Under the pieces are notes generated by a model. That model ran no database searches. It was given only the letters and a program-made list of their open reading frames with translations, and had not been told where the DNA came from. A stretch of DNA of 64,000 nucleotides, from assembly GCA_026770705.1 (NCBI GenBank), contig JANJGN010000034.1:6014001-6078000 (forward strand), in the 5' to 3' direction. The translations under genes were made by a program, and so were the position numbers. The first letter of the stretch is position 1, and each line of letters starts with the position of its first letter. Below, piece after piece: positions 1 to 12,949 of this stretch. This stretch comes from Isurus oxyrinchus. Its lineage: Eukaryota.

Positions 1-599
1 GGATTCTCTGCTCAGGGAGCATCGTATCCGACGATGTCGGATTGCAACTGGGTCAGAATTTGGAAATAGTGGAATTGTTTTTAATTGCACGAAGAAACTT
101 GGTTCAAAACAGTACAGAGTTAATATTTTGATATCGAACAAGCACATATGCACTACAGAAGCTGGAAATAAATACATTGATGAAATGGGAACTTTCAGAT
201 TGTAACCAATGGCAACGAATGGGCAGACTTTGTTTTCGTTTGTGCACAAAACAGACGATGATGTGCTTGCCCTAATGGCTCATCAGGCCGATGAAAAGGT
301 TTGGTACTTAAAATGTAAAGAAAATTCTTCGACTTGCAAGGTAAGTAAGAGAGCGTACTTCAAAGCAGAATTAGACAGAAAACGTTAAGCACAGTTCTGT
401 GTCTCCAGGCACCTGATGTGCAGCCCATGTTTCAGCTCGTCTTCCTGCAGTCAAAGCAAAACAACCACTCATGCACCCTATTGTGAATTTAGAGAACCAT
501 TGCTCACACAGTGAAAGATGACACCGTGGAATTCGCTACATTAATTATTGATTATTCTTGGCTCTTCTACCAACTGCAAACGTAAACATACAAACACAG

Positions 600-1460
600 T
601 AACTAGGGCCAGGGTTAATTCAGTTGCCCCTTCAAGTTTGTTCCGCCATTCACTAAGACTACAAGTGATCGGATTGTAACCTCCTGCCTACCCACGATGA
701 CCTTTCACCCGTGCGTTATTCATTAATCTAACTAGTTCTCCTTTACCATAACTAAACACGCTGCTTCCACTGCATTTAGAGGAAGACAGTTCCAAAGAAT
801 CTCAGCCTTCTGAGAAAAAAAATCTTCACACCAATATTTACAATGAGTGACACCTTTTTTTTTAAATGGTAACCCTTAGTTCTAGAATCTCCCACAAGAG
901 GAAATATCCTCTTCACTTTCATTCTGTCCATATCCATCCTAAACACAAGAGCATACTTGTCAAACTGTCTGAACTTTTGTCATAAGATAACCCGACAATT
1001 CCTGCTAATGGACTTCACTGTTTCTAATGCATTTGCACATGTCCTAAAATAAGCAGACCAAAAAATGTACGCGGCGCACAAGATATGGGCTCACCAGTGC
1101 CCTATAGAAATACAGGATACGTTCTCTGACTTTGAGTCAATTCCATTCGCAATGAACGATACAATTCTAAAGCTTTCTTAGATGATTGCTGATTTTGCAT
1201 ACTCGCCTTTTGTGGTTCATGCACTAGGAAACCCAATCTTTTCCGGAGCATAGAGTTCCGCAAACTCTCACCATTTAGATAATAAGCTTTTTTTTTCATA
1301 ATCCTTAACAAAATGGACAATTTACATTTTCCTACTTTATACTCTATTTGCCTGGTCTTTGCACAGTGACTTACCTATCGATTTTGCTTTCTAGCCTCCT
1401 CACGTTTTCCCCATAACTTAGCTTCCTATCTACTTTTCTGTGGTCAGCAAATTTAGCAAC
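600..1460 (-). mobile_element. Degenerate CR1-type LINE 3' fragment
   Basis: Minus-strand YYLNGESL...LGFLVHEPQKASMQ..Q..KKA resembles the CR1 ORF2 C-terminus; boundaries approximate. Confidence 0.75.
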
Positions 1461-3199
1461 CACAAACCTAACTAATTACTCTGTTTCCAAACCTCATAGT
1501 TGTATCCATCTGTGAAATATCCTCTCCAACGTCTTCTTAACGTAAAATACAGCTCTTACTGAAATCTACCTATTATTTCGTTCATCCCTCATTCTTTTAA
1601 ACGTTTTCTAAAATGTCTTTTAAGAATTCGGACCATTCCAAATTATTGGTCTTTGTTCAGACCGTGCAGTTGGTAAAGCTGAGTTATCGAAGCCAGAGGA
1701 AAACTTATAATAACTGTCATAAGTTATAATTTTGAGGGATATGTTTATCATGCGGCCATACATGGAATAAAGAGACCCCTTGTTCTCGAAAGGTTTTATA
1801 ATCAGCTAAAGGAAACCTCTTATTAATTTGCACACTTTAAATATATGCACGGGGCTACAAATTACTACGATCATAACTTTTAACACATTCCCAAACTAAT
1901 ACCCATTCAGGCAACATGAACTAAAAGAATTAGCCAGGCGGAACATTTTACGAATTGAAAATGAGGCTATTTTCTCTTTGGTTACTGTCGAGACAGTTGG
2001 GGGCTTTCAGCTGCTTTTGATCTTACATTGCCTCTGCTCTACACACATAAAACTGCTCGAGTTATTCCTAGCATTGTTCCTTGCATGTACTTTCTCATTG
2101 AATCACCAGCCTCTTTGAACTCAAACTTTTAACAAGAAAGCACCTTAAATAGAAAGATTTGTATTAGGTATATAATCATATATCTATTTATCTGCTGGCT
2201 AGGTAGTAGTTTTCACAACACTTGTTGAATCCACCATCAAAGAAAGCAAATAAAGGCTATTTATCTTACATATCAAAACTAGTACAGACTAGCTGGTTTT
2301 CATCCAGTTAAGATACACCCACAAACTAAACTTCTGTTTTGATAGAAGAATAGTTTCCAATAATAATGTATACATTAATAACTTCGTGACAGTCACATTA
2401 TTGGACACAATGCTGCAGCTGAGGCAGATCCAATGCTTTATTCATTTATTCATTCAACATCGTTGATTTTGTTCTGAACTCCTCTCTTTCTTAAACACAG
2501 GATGCCATATACTTTCTTTGAAAAATCTTCAACACGTCTGGCCATTTGAGCCATATGTTCACATATACCCATATATCTCTATGTTGCGCTGACCTTTTGA
2601 TGAGTTACACTTTCGATTTTGTTACCTTCCATTGTTCTGCCGCACAAAATGTGTCAGCTCATGTCTTTTTATTCTGAAAAAACCATAGGATAAACATAAC
2701 ATGAGCGGACCACATATCAAAAATGAGTTAAAATGCATACCCAGTAACATGAAATAGTACAAGGCAGTCTTAGGCCATTAATCGTGGGCCTGAATCAGGC
2801 ATAGTCAGGATTACTGATGTGCGCCTACAGGGCAATCCAGGCCTGGAAATTAACCTTGTACTTCTGTTTTATGTAGAATGGATTGGGTGGGGCCAAACGC
2901 TATCTGTATTATCTGTGGCTTTTTGAGATAACATTCTATTTTGAAAATAGAAAGTGCTATCCATAGCAGACATTTTGAATATTTGTACTTTGAAAAAAGA
3001 GATAAGAAAGGTTGATTCACATAACTATGTCCGGTATAAAATCCACTTCGTGGTCTGGAGGTTCGGTGAGAAAAATGTTGACAAACACGGCACCTGAGTT
3101 AAAGAAAATAGAATAACAATATGACGAATTTCAATTGCCTTGATAATAATTTAACAGAAGAGTCGCTAAAGGAAGAAGAATTTAGCATTCCTACAAAGT

Positions 3200-5400
3200 A
3201 CTGGTGGCCCCATTCTCTCTGACTATTTCAAAGAAAAAAAACGAGCAAGGATTTTGTATCAACCATTTAATGAGGAATTGAACCAGGATAAAGAAGGTCG
3301 GTAAAAAAAAAGTGAAATACCAGCTGGGCATTTATTATCTTAATTATGTTAAAGATGATGACAATTAAGGTCATAAGTACAACAAAAGCAAGATTTAAAG
3401 GTTGGAGATCAGGTGATTTTTAGGGGTTCATTTAGAACTTCTGAAAATGACATGACCAAGAAATTGGTGAAGAGTAATCTGGAAGGGCAACGGGAACATT
3501 AAACAGAAACGAATTCAATACAACGCAGGGATATATATTCTGGAAGACAGAGAGAAGAAATCAAATTTTGTGAAATATGAATGTTGCATGAAGGCAAAAT
3601 AAAGCAACTATCAATTAGCAAAGACAAATGTGATAAGTACATAAAGAGTATAAAAAGACATAAGAGAGAATACCATGAAACTAGGAATATGGTCCAAGAA
3701 GCAGTTAAGATGTCAAAGAGAAGCTATAAAATCATATTATTAATGAGCATAAAACCAACAAAATAATTTACCAGCTCTTCAAAAAAATAAAGGCTGTAAT
3801 GGGGGTAGTGTGATTAAAAGATAGAAAGCAAAATGCAACAAGCAACAAAACAAATATGCTTTACAAATGTACGAGTTAGGAGGCTGATTAGGCCCCTCGA
3901 TCCTGCTCCTCATTTCAGTTGGAAGATGATAAATATGGCTGTGTCCTCAAGTCTACATTCCCGCCTATTCAAGAAATCCTTTCACCCAGTTGTTCGGCAA
4001 TGATCTGTCTACCTCTTTCTTGAAAACATAATAATCAACCATCTTGCTTCCAACATTCGCTGGGGGTGAGATCCAAAGACAAACTATGGTCTAACTTGCA
4101 AGCACAAAACCTTCCCATATACGCCTCAAACTGGAGAGACGTTATTCTTTATTTTGGATTTAACACTGAACGGTGAGAGGAGAATTGGGATAGGTGCGTT
4201 TAAAATAAAAAAAATAATTGAATCGACCAAACAACAACAGAGGCTATAATCCCTGCCCCCGATCGATGGTGTCTACATATGCTAAAAGATTCTGAAGAAG
4301 ATATATAAGTGGAACTAATACGCATATTTAATAGTCTGTAAGACAAAGCTGTAACACTGGAATTCTAGTGGAAACTTGCTGTAATTTCCATGTTTAAGAA
4401 ATGGGCAAAACATCGCCTTCTAACTATAGGCCAGTCTTGTTAAAGTCTGGGCAGGAAAATAATGGAATACCTATTCAATAAGGTTATAGAAGAACAAGTA
4501 TCATGGTTAACATGATTCACACACGCAGACACACAGAGAAACACATATAATATGTGAACATATATTTGTATACAAATGGGTGGAAGTAAGGTTGATGCCG
4601 TGCCCACTTTTTCGAATGGTCTTGAATAAGCTTTTCCTGTGTGCATCAATGAAAGAGGGGTGATAATGTGGAGTTAGGTGACAAGTAACGGAATGGAATG
4701 GTTAACTCGCTTCAAGGCGTAAAACAGAGACTGAGAGTAAAAATGGGTTATTCGGAGTGGCAGAAAGTGAACGTGGTTTTCCAAAAGGATGTTTTCTGGC
4801 TCCACTGCTATTTAATATTCCTTTTAACGACTTTGATTGAGGAGTTAGAAACTCCATTTGTAAATTTGTGGCGTTCAGCAAAATGGGGAGAATGTGAAAA
4901 CGGAGGTGCATTGCAGTAAATTGCATGAAGACATTATTCAACCTCGAGAAAGGACGAACAGTTGAAAATGAAGCTGAATACAGATTTCTGTAAGATATTA
5001 CGTTTTGGTTGGAAGCATTCTTGTTTCGTTTTGAAACGTGAAAGTCTTGGTAGGATTAAGGAAAGTAGGGGTCCCAGTCGACAAAAGCAGCAATCGCTAA
5101 AATTTTCATCGCTGGTGAGGACGTCCACAAAAACAAAAGCATCACAAGTTTCTGCAGGGATGTAGCTTAACGTGCTAATGTTATGCCATACCAACAAATA
5201 CATTGGGAATCCCGCGAAAAATCGTCTTTAACGAAATTAATAGCATACTTGCATTCAAGTGGAAGCTAGATAAATATATCGGTGAGAAGTTGATATAGGC
5301 TTTCAATGATAAATTTGGATGAGGAAATATAGAAGGAATTTCAACTGAAGCCTTAGCGCTTGATAGCCTGAAATATCTCTTTCTGTGATGTACATCCGAA
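3200..5400 (+). mobile_element. Highly decayed CR1-type LINE ORF2/RT relic with a nested opposite-strand fragment (~3870-4100)
   Basis: aactataggccagtc (NYRPV), KQRLRVKMGYSEWQKV and an FKWKLDKY-like 3' end; many stops and frameshifts. Confidence 0.7.
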
Positions 5401-5784
5401 ACAAAACTGCAGTAAATTAAATGACCTAATTCAGAGCTAAACAAGGCCGAATAATCTACTATTGTTTCTATTTTAAATGTATATAACTGTGTAGAGTTAG
5501 TTAACTAAATTCATGACGGAAACAGAGGCTGTGTAAACAAGAAAAAATCTCTGCAATAAGTAACAATTATTCGCAATTTGTTCCGCCATTTCAATACAGT
5601 CAAATGAAATGACATAATCCCGCTCAATCGGGACTGGTGGGAGAAGTGTAAAATTCAACGCCCATCTAAGGTATCAATGCGGCGTTAATTTAAAGACTAA
5701 GCCCGATGCAATAATTTCACTTTTATCCCGTTAAACATTGTGCTTCATCAGAAAAAAATGTGTTCATGCTTTACGTTTCCTTAG

Positions 5785-5811
5785 AGCTCTATGATCTACA
5801 GAAAAAGTGCA
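5785..5811 (+). CDS. Microexon 1, unit 1 (27 nt; ELYDLQKKC)
   Basis: tttccttag|AGCTCT...AAGTGCA|gtaagt; homologues at 35331 and 62347. Confidence 0.88.
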
Positions 5812-7280
5812 GTAAGTATTGCCTACTGCGGTGATTTATTATTTATTTTCGCAGAGTTATTTCGACTACCTGAGCATGCAATTTTGCGCTGGCCTCCCCA
5901 TGTAATTCAGGAATCGTGGGCTAAAAATCCCCCAAGAACCATCTCCGAAACAATAGTACAAAGTTTGACTTTCGGAAGTTCTTTCATTGAGTTCAAGATG
6001 TTACTCTTTTTACAGTCAGACAGAGGTCAATGCTTTGCGAAAAGTTGAAATCCTCTCCGGTAAAGTCCGCAGTTCCTTCATCGAATCAGCTTCTGCAATT
6101 TTTATATTTACTTTAAATCACCAACAGTTGATTTTGGAAAGCTGAAGTACAGCTGTTTTGAAGATGCAGGGGTTGAGTGGCAAGATGAGGGATTCCTCAC
6201 CGACCTCCGATGATGCACTCAGTCAATTTGCAGTTTGTTTATACTGGACGTCATTGACCTGCAGAGATTTTAGAACACTACTCTAAAAGCAAGCTCGTCC
6301 ATTTTGAATGTCATCTCTGTGTTGGCCCTCGCTGGACAAGCATAGAAAGGGATCTTCAACTTGGCGGGGTAAATTGGGAGGTGGACATTTTACTTTACTT
6401 AGCTTACATTTGCATAACGGTTTAAGAAGAAAAGCCTATCATATAAAGAAGATTCCAGCTGGTTTCATATATCCCACCTGAGCTTTTGCAAGGATGTCCT
6501 GAATGTACACTTCTGGTAACATAAATAGAGTAATAGAGCCATCGGAGAAAATGCAATAAGCATTAAAATTCCTTTCAGAACTGAGACAGTTTTGAAGTTC
6601 TTAAGAGTCGGCATAGTGAATATTATTCCACTCATGGCAGCAGAGGAGAAGGGGGCGTAAACGGTCAATTAATATGATAGTCCGCAATCGATCAAATATA
6701 GGTTAGAAAAGTGCACCTTCACTTATTGAGTGGGTCAAACATAAATGTTATCACTGTAGGCAACAGTCGCGCCTGATAACATACATAGTTGTAAAGGGAG
6801 AATGACGCACAGAAACATATAAACTGAATTATTCGTAGGGTTAAATAGAGACTGGCAGAAGTAGGCCCATCTGATTCCTTAACACTGTTATCGTGGATTT
6901 GAGCTGACCATCCTGCTTATTTTTTGTTATTAATTCTATGTAACTCTAGAAAGCATATATTGCAGAAATGTTATCCCTTTTAGCACCTTTTTGTCACTCC
7001 CCTCACTCTGAGACCACACCCCCCCACCATCACCCTACGCCTTGAACACTAACGTGGTCCTGGACTGAAAACTACTCCAGGCCAGAGAGTGGAATGCCAA
7101 TTGTTCCTTGCTTTAAAATCCTGCACAAAAATGCCCATTACATTGACTGTCATAACTCACCCGGCGCGATTGAAATCAACTTCTCCTAATGAATATAACA
7201 ACTCAGCCAAAGTTTGCACTCCAGTAGCGTTATGTGTCACTAACAGGCCGGCGGTTGAACTATTCCTGTAACTTTTGCAG

Positions 7281-7307
7281 AAGCTGATCTCGACCAAAAA
7301 GATGAGG
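7281..7307 (+). CDS. Microexon 2, unit 1 (27 nt; KADLDQKDE)
   Basis: cttttgcag|AAGCTG...GATGAGG|gtaatg; same peptide in all three units. Confidence 0.88.
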
Positions 7308-7993
7308 GTAATGTACAACATCACACGTGCAGTACTTTGTTTCCATTGCACTTTATACTGGTTGCATCTAAGGGAAATAGTTGAATTTAATGACCGCGGA
7401 CACAGTGTCCAGAATACTCACGTGTTGCCTGGGAGGTGGTTGCAACCTAGTTCTGGATCAGAGGCCTCCATATAAAACGTCAGCTTAAAGTATGAGTGAA
7501 CGTTTACATGCCTATACTGCCGAGTCGAAGGTTGAAACTTTCAGGTGAAATATTAAACTTCAATTGTTCAACTTTCCTCTGACATTGCCATAAGCAGCGA
7601 AAGGCCAAAAATATCCGGAAAATAAAATAACACAAAAGGAATTGGCCCCCTGTTGTCTAAGCACTCTATATATCTGAAGAATCAGTGCAAGTAGATTATC
7701 GATATAATATCACTTTCAGGTTTTTCGGAGCTTGCTCTGTGTAAAATAACTCTTGCATTTTCTGTATTATTAGCTTGAATGTATTTCCAAATGTGGGCCA
7801 TGTGATGTTGCATGTCCTGAGAATGTGACGGGCACCACAACAATTTTCACACACACCTAAAATGAAACAAGAATGGTTGATGTGCCAGCATGCCAACAGT
7901 AATGAAAACGTAATTAATGCGAAGTCTGAGGCTAAATATTGATATTTCTTTGCTGAAATGAAATTCCACTTGTTTATTTTACAAAAATGCAAG

Positions 7994-8020
7994 AATTCGC
8001 CAAGAAAACTGGAGAATTAG
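7994..8020 (+). CDS. Microexon 3, unit 1 (27 nt EFAKKTGEL; possibly ancestrally 36 nt from 7985, EMQEFAKKTGEL)
   Basis: Strong donor TTAG|gtgagt; the only AG acceptor is gcaag at 7993; the upstream position reads ttttacaa rather than ttttacag. Confidence 0.65.
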   Translation, partial: NSPRKLEN

Positions 8021-8964
8021 GTGAGTAAAGCAGTAAAGAATATGTGCAAATCTTGCTTGTTTATGGGGTTCATACTGAAATTTTGTTTGCTTTCCTCATG
8101 GCAAAGGGGATGTTTAGATAAACGTTAATAGGAAATCTAGTCGAACGTTAAGTAATTTCATGTCACTGCCAATGTCAGAGAAAGGGCCAGCGGTGCCAAT
8201 CATGGTGATGTCCAGTAGAAGTCCGATTAACCCGATGTGAGATCAGATATTTTCAACTCGTGTATGGTGAGAACAAGTATTAGTCCCAGTCGGTTTGTGT
8301 GGGAGGTCGGTTTTGAGGTTGGGTGGAGAAGGGGGTGTTGTATATCGATAAGCTTAGTTGTGTTCGATGGGGAGTGCCTCTCATCTAAGTCAGAAATAAA
8401 TTGGATCTGGTGAGGATCGATCGGGCTTTGCTGAAATGAAACCTGTGTGTGGTCAGCTCTTTCTGGGGACAAGTTCTATTTTGATGACTATCTCCTGAGA
8501 TGTGCGCATGGCTAAAAAAAGGCCCTCCTTTTTGCCTATCTTAACTGCCTTTGAAAAGGCCGTCTTGCAATACATAACCACACACAATTACAGAAGATTG
8601 TTTCTCTGAACTGAAACGGCAGAATTGATTTACTGTCCTGTTATGGAGAGGAGATTTCAATTCCAGATTAATTAATTGAAATTAAATTCTACAAACTGCC
8701 ATGCTTGAACTCATGTCTCAGCGCATTGCTTGAAGGAGACTCAAAAGTCAGCAGACACAGTTTCAAAATAATGCATCTTCCATTTAAGACGAAGTTTTTC
8801 CTTCACTGATTCGTTAATACTGCAAGTCAATACCGCAGTGGACAGTGTAAGCAGTGGCATTGAATGATTTATCAGACCGGAGCTAAACCTACGAGACAAT
8901 TAATTCTCATGGGGATGATAACGATGTAAGAAAAAACAAAGAAAGGCTGAGGTTGAGAATCAGA

Positions 8965-9065
8965 CACGAAACAGATAATGCTGATAATACATAACTAGTC
9001 TGGCAGCATCTGTGGAGAGAGAAAGGGGAGTTAACTTTTGGAGTCCATACGGCTCATCTTCACAG
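8965..9065 (+). repeat. Short dispersed repeat (related relic at ~27340-27430; unit 2 copies ~38565-38655 and ~56525-56615)
   Basis: tggcagcatctgtggagagagaaa...gttaac motif, which I recall as abundant in elasmobranch genomes. Confidence 0.5.
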
Positions 9066-9571
9066 CTTTTTATGGAGTTAATTCAGGAAAATGGATTTAA
9101 GATAAAACCAGATTAGCTATATTATTGTGGAATGAGTGGAAGGTTAGAGGGGCCAAATGGACTAAATCTGCTATATTGTCTTATGTTTTTACATTGTTAA
9201 GGGGCGACATCACTAATTGCCCTTTGTCAAAAATGCACATAGACAAAGTCTGTACCAGCTCCAATTTGATTCAGAATTATGAATACCTAGTTGAAATCAA
9301 AGAATCTCGCTTATCTAGACTGCTGAAAACACTGCTTTCTTTTTGGGAAAAAAAGCACAGTAATTGAAGGGTAAAGACCTAAATTTTTACTTTTGTTAGG
9401 ATATCAATAACAGGAGTGACGAGTCAATGATCAACAGTAAATGGAAGAGAGAGCTTTAAACTTTGCTATGGAATGTCTGATAGCAAATTACAGATCACTT
9501 TTTTCTATGCTCAGTGACAGTGCACATCCTATAATTTTTCTACTGCTTATATTTCCTTCACGGATTCACAG

Positions 9572-9586
9572 AAAATGTAAAGAAGG
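9572..9586 (+). CDS. Microexon 4, unit 1 (15 nt; ENVKK)
   Basis: attcacag|AAAATGTAAAGAAGG|gtaagt; homologue at 39177. Confidence 0.82.
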
Positions 9587-10196
9587 GTAAGTATACATAT
9601 GTTACAGAAACGCTACTTTAAAGCAAGATAAATAGGTTGCCCTAAAAATTCATCGCTGGTGGAATTGGCCCAATATCCCGTCGAGTATCTTGCCTGATGT
9701 CGAATATAGTGTTATTTCTCTTTTTCACGTCCTTCTGTGACATCCCCCGACCCATTTGTGTAACCTTCAACAGCTCAAAAATCATTTTAAATCCACCTAA
9801 TTTGCTTCCTTAATTTCCGATTTAGTACTTCCCCAGTCCCCACCTCAACAAGTTTAAGACACTCCCTGAAAACTGTGCCACAGAGTGATCAGCCTTGATA
9901 CCTTTCATAATATCTCACAACCTGTTCGTTGAGTTTCTGTTACTATTTGTTCCATACTGATGTATGTTTCTGCCTTCTTCATTGTTGTCTGTTTAGTAAA
10001 AGCATATTAACCTCTTCAGCCAAATCTGAGGAAGGCTGATATCGCATGAAGGTCCCCAGGAGACTGTGGAGATGAATGAACATGAGCCAGGATGTGAACT
10101 CTTCCAAAAGCGTAACTTTTTAAGAGCCCCTGAAAGGCTGATAAAACACACATATGATGGACTTAAAGACTAACTTTGTTTTTCTCCGCCTTGCAG

Positions 10197-10232
10197 AACT
10201 GGGCACCTGCCAAGATACAGTAAAAGATTTAG
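10197..10232 (+). CDS. Microexon 5, unit 1 (36 nt; ELGTCQDTVKDL)
   Basis: tttctccgccttgcag|AACTGG...GATTTAG|gtgagc; homologue at 39801. Confidence 0.9.
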
Positions 10233-11188
10233 GTGAGCCAATCAGTTTTGCTGACTGCTGAATTTCCAGGCCGTTTGCTTTACTCTGAAATCAAGCAAAC
10301 CTCCAAGTGTTTCTAAAGCACAACGGACAAAGAAAGATCCTGGAGCATTAATGCGATTTTTTTTTAAAGACGATGAAATTTCAAGCAATGACAGATTTGT
10401 TCTGCATGGGGAGCTGAACTGGCAGTCAAAGTATTTTAGTGCAAAGCTCGGTCAGATGCTTGGCAAGTGACTTTATGGTTTGTCCATTGTTCAGAATGAT
10501 TCACATGGATTAGATAAAAGATCAAACAATGCCTGCATTGCAGCAGCGGTTACAGGCATTCAATGGACAGACTGATGTAGGGTGACGTGTGTATTCAGTT
10601 TCACTGACTAAAATGGAATTAAATATTTGGGGTGTGTATATAATCTCCCCTCTCTACGAAATCGCACATTTTGCCTGGCTACCCAAAATTGAAATTCATC
10701 ATGTCGAGCTTGGTTAACGTGAATGTTTTACCCATATGGTACCGATTCAGCACTCCCCTTCACATTTCGCAATTTTAATTTTTGTTGGCTTCAAGTTTAG
10801 AAAAACAAGACCTGGACGTTTTTCTCTGAAAGGACGATCAAAGGAACGATTATATGGCCTTGGCAACGATGCTTCCTTTACGTGAACTCCATGCTACATG
10901 GTGTGCATTTCCCCCCGATATTTCCACTGTGAGTTAAAGAGGAAAACTTCACTATTCGTTCCTGTTTGCGGAGGTAGTAAGTTGCCAGCTAGCAGTGAAT
11001 AAATGGCTGTTGCCAACTTTCCATGAGCTGTTCCATACAATTTTCACGGTGTTCCACGTGCTCAAGGAGAGTTATGTTTGCCCTGCACAGTCGGCCACAT
11101 GCAGAATAGCTTGATTTTCACTGAAAACATTTCCGTGGTAGGTCATGCATTCGTTCATTTTGTTATTTATTCTTGATGTGTTTCACAG

Positions 11189-11203
11189 AAAAATTAAGAA
11201 GAG
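11189..11203 (+). CDS. Microexon 6, unit 1 (15 nt; EKLRR)
   Basis: gtttcacag|AAAAATTAAGAAGAG|gtaagt; homologue at 40785. Confidence 0.85.
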
Positions 11204-11559
11204 GTAAGTGGAAATATTCTCTAGCACCTGACCGTCTAACGTGGTCAAATAAAAGACGAGGAAAGATGGATTTGCAGTGATTACAAATTCCAATTTAAAG
11301 TAACTTATAAATTGTCATTATTATATCTAAATACCTCTGTGGCCTCGCCCTTCCATATAGCCTTGAGAATCCTCTGGCCTTACAACTGGCTGCAAGTTTT
11401 GTCTTCCCACCAAGCTGGCCACTTTCTGATCGCGCTGTACATTCACCTTACCAATGGCGATTTATGGCTTCTACAATATGTCCCAAGGCTCAAAAGCAAA
11501 TTTCCTAAAACTTGCACCTCAAACTCTCCTTCCTCCGTTAACAGTCACATATTTCCTGG

Positions 11560-12700
11560 GCGTTTTCCAAAGTCCACACCTCCTCATCACCCCGGATTCT
11601 GGTTAATAATTAAAATTTCGTTAAAAACATGGTGATTTGCAATGAGGTTCCTTACGCCCTGTGGCTCTTTGGTTATCGAGAATGTCTGCTAGGAACCTTA
11701 GAAATACTCAGCAGACGATAAGCTGGCTTACATGTCCTCAGAACAAACAGGGGAATACGTGGCATCTTGAAGAACTCAATGACTCTTCTGGTGAACAAAG
11801 GCTGCATCAGGACCTAACCTCCAAACGTTTTAGTTTTCTGCCATTTGTCCGAGCTGTCGTTCTCAACAGGCACGCCTGGAAGATGCTGTGCAACACTTTA
11901 TCAATCCAAAACTTTTGCCCGCACGGGCATCTTTCTTTCCGAGCAAATCTACCATGACATCAGGTGTCCAGCGAGTGGCGTAGGGAACACTGTTGTGTTG
12001 TATCAAAACAATCACTTGAATTATGCATGGACTGCATTTGGTCAATTGAGAAAGCGAGCATTCGAAGGTCGCAAAACCAAAACTGTCAGGAAGCTCATGA
12101 TTTGTTTTTTGTGCCTGATACCCACCTTACTCTGCAAGGCCGAAGCTGCAAGATGGAAAATGTACAGGAGGCACCACAAGTCACTTGGGTCATACCGTTA
12201 AAAGGGGCTGTGAAAGAAATTGCATATTAGTGGGAGGGCAGACAGGCAGACATTGTCAGCTGTCAGATTTCAGACTTCCAAAGCAGGTATTTTTCTCCAA
12301 GAGTAGCGAGGACAGACGCACTTGAGGAGTGCAGAGGATGCTCTTAAGGGATGTGCTGAAAAGCAATATGAAGAAAATGAATTTTTCACATCGACATTTC
12401 AGTGGACACCGTTTACCGATGAAACCAAATGGCACCAGTCCCTACAGCAAGGACCCCAGCACTTTCAAAACAAACAACTATAAAATGATTCGGAAGAAAC
12501 AGGAGAGGCCAAAGGAAAATGGCATGTTTCGAATTAATGATACAGGACCTGGCACCCATCAAGGCATGAGTGCATAAAGTCTGCATGTCCCGAATCTGCC
12601 TCATCAGCCATTTCTGGCTCATGAAAGACAATTGTCCTCGCAAGTGAAGCCTAGCCAGTAATAACATTGTCTGCAAGCAATTAATCACGTGACCCAATGT
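11560..12700 (+). mobile_element. Degenerate RTE-clade-like LINE RT fragment
   Basis: AFGQLRKRAFEGRKTKTVRKLM...IPTLLCKAEA..W.MYRRH.KSL resembles the post-RT region of RTE LINEs (AFGRLRKRVF...TKLMVY...PTLLYGAETWT.YRRH). Confidence 0.75.
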
Positions 12701-12949
12701 GACTACATGTTGCATCAGCTCCCGTTTCATCGAAACTGTTAGCGTGGAAAAAACTTTGGTGTTTTCCTTGGTTAAGTCACTTGATGCATGCTGATTGCCC
12801 TTTGCTGTAAACAGTCTACTTTCAATCTCTACCAGCAAAATTTTTGCCGACAATTCTGAGGAAACAGTTGCTCGCAGGATGACTACTTGTGGGTTCTTAC
12901 AGTACAGTTAACCATGTTGGAGAAATTCATATTTCCCGAAGAGAAATTA

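Noticed and set aside
335-350. Consensus donor caag|gtaagt
   Set aside because: GT is absent in units 2 and 3 (caagggaa), with no matching acceptor
5880-6270. Possible minus-strand exon after a ctctgcag acceptor (EDFNFWQ-type peptides)
   Set aside because: Stops, frameshifts and a unit 1 deletion differ among the three copies; no shared open frame
11640-12500. Minus-strand CPLKCRCEK motif suggesting an LRR N-terminal cap
   Set aside because: Not conserved in unit 2 (CSPRCRYE then stop), no LRR repeats follow, and the region is explained by a plus-strand RTE-like LINE
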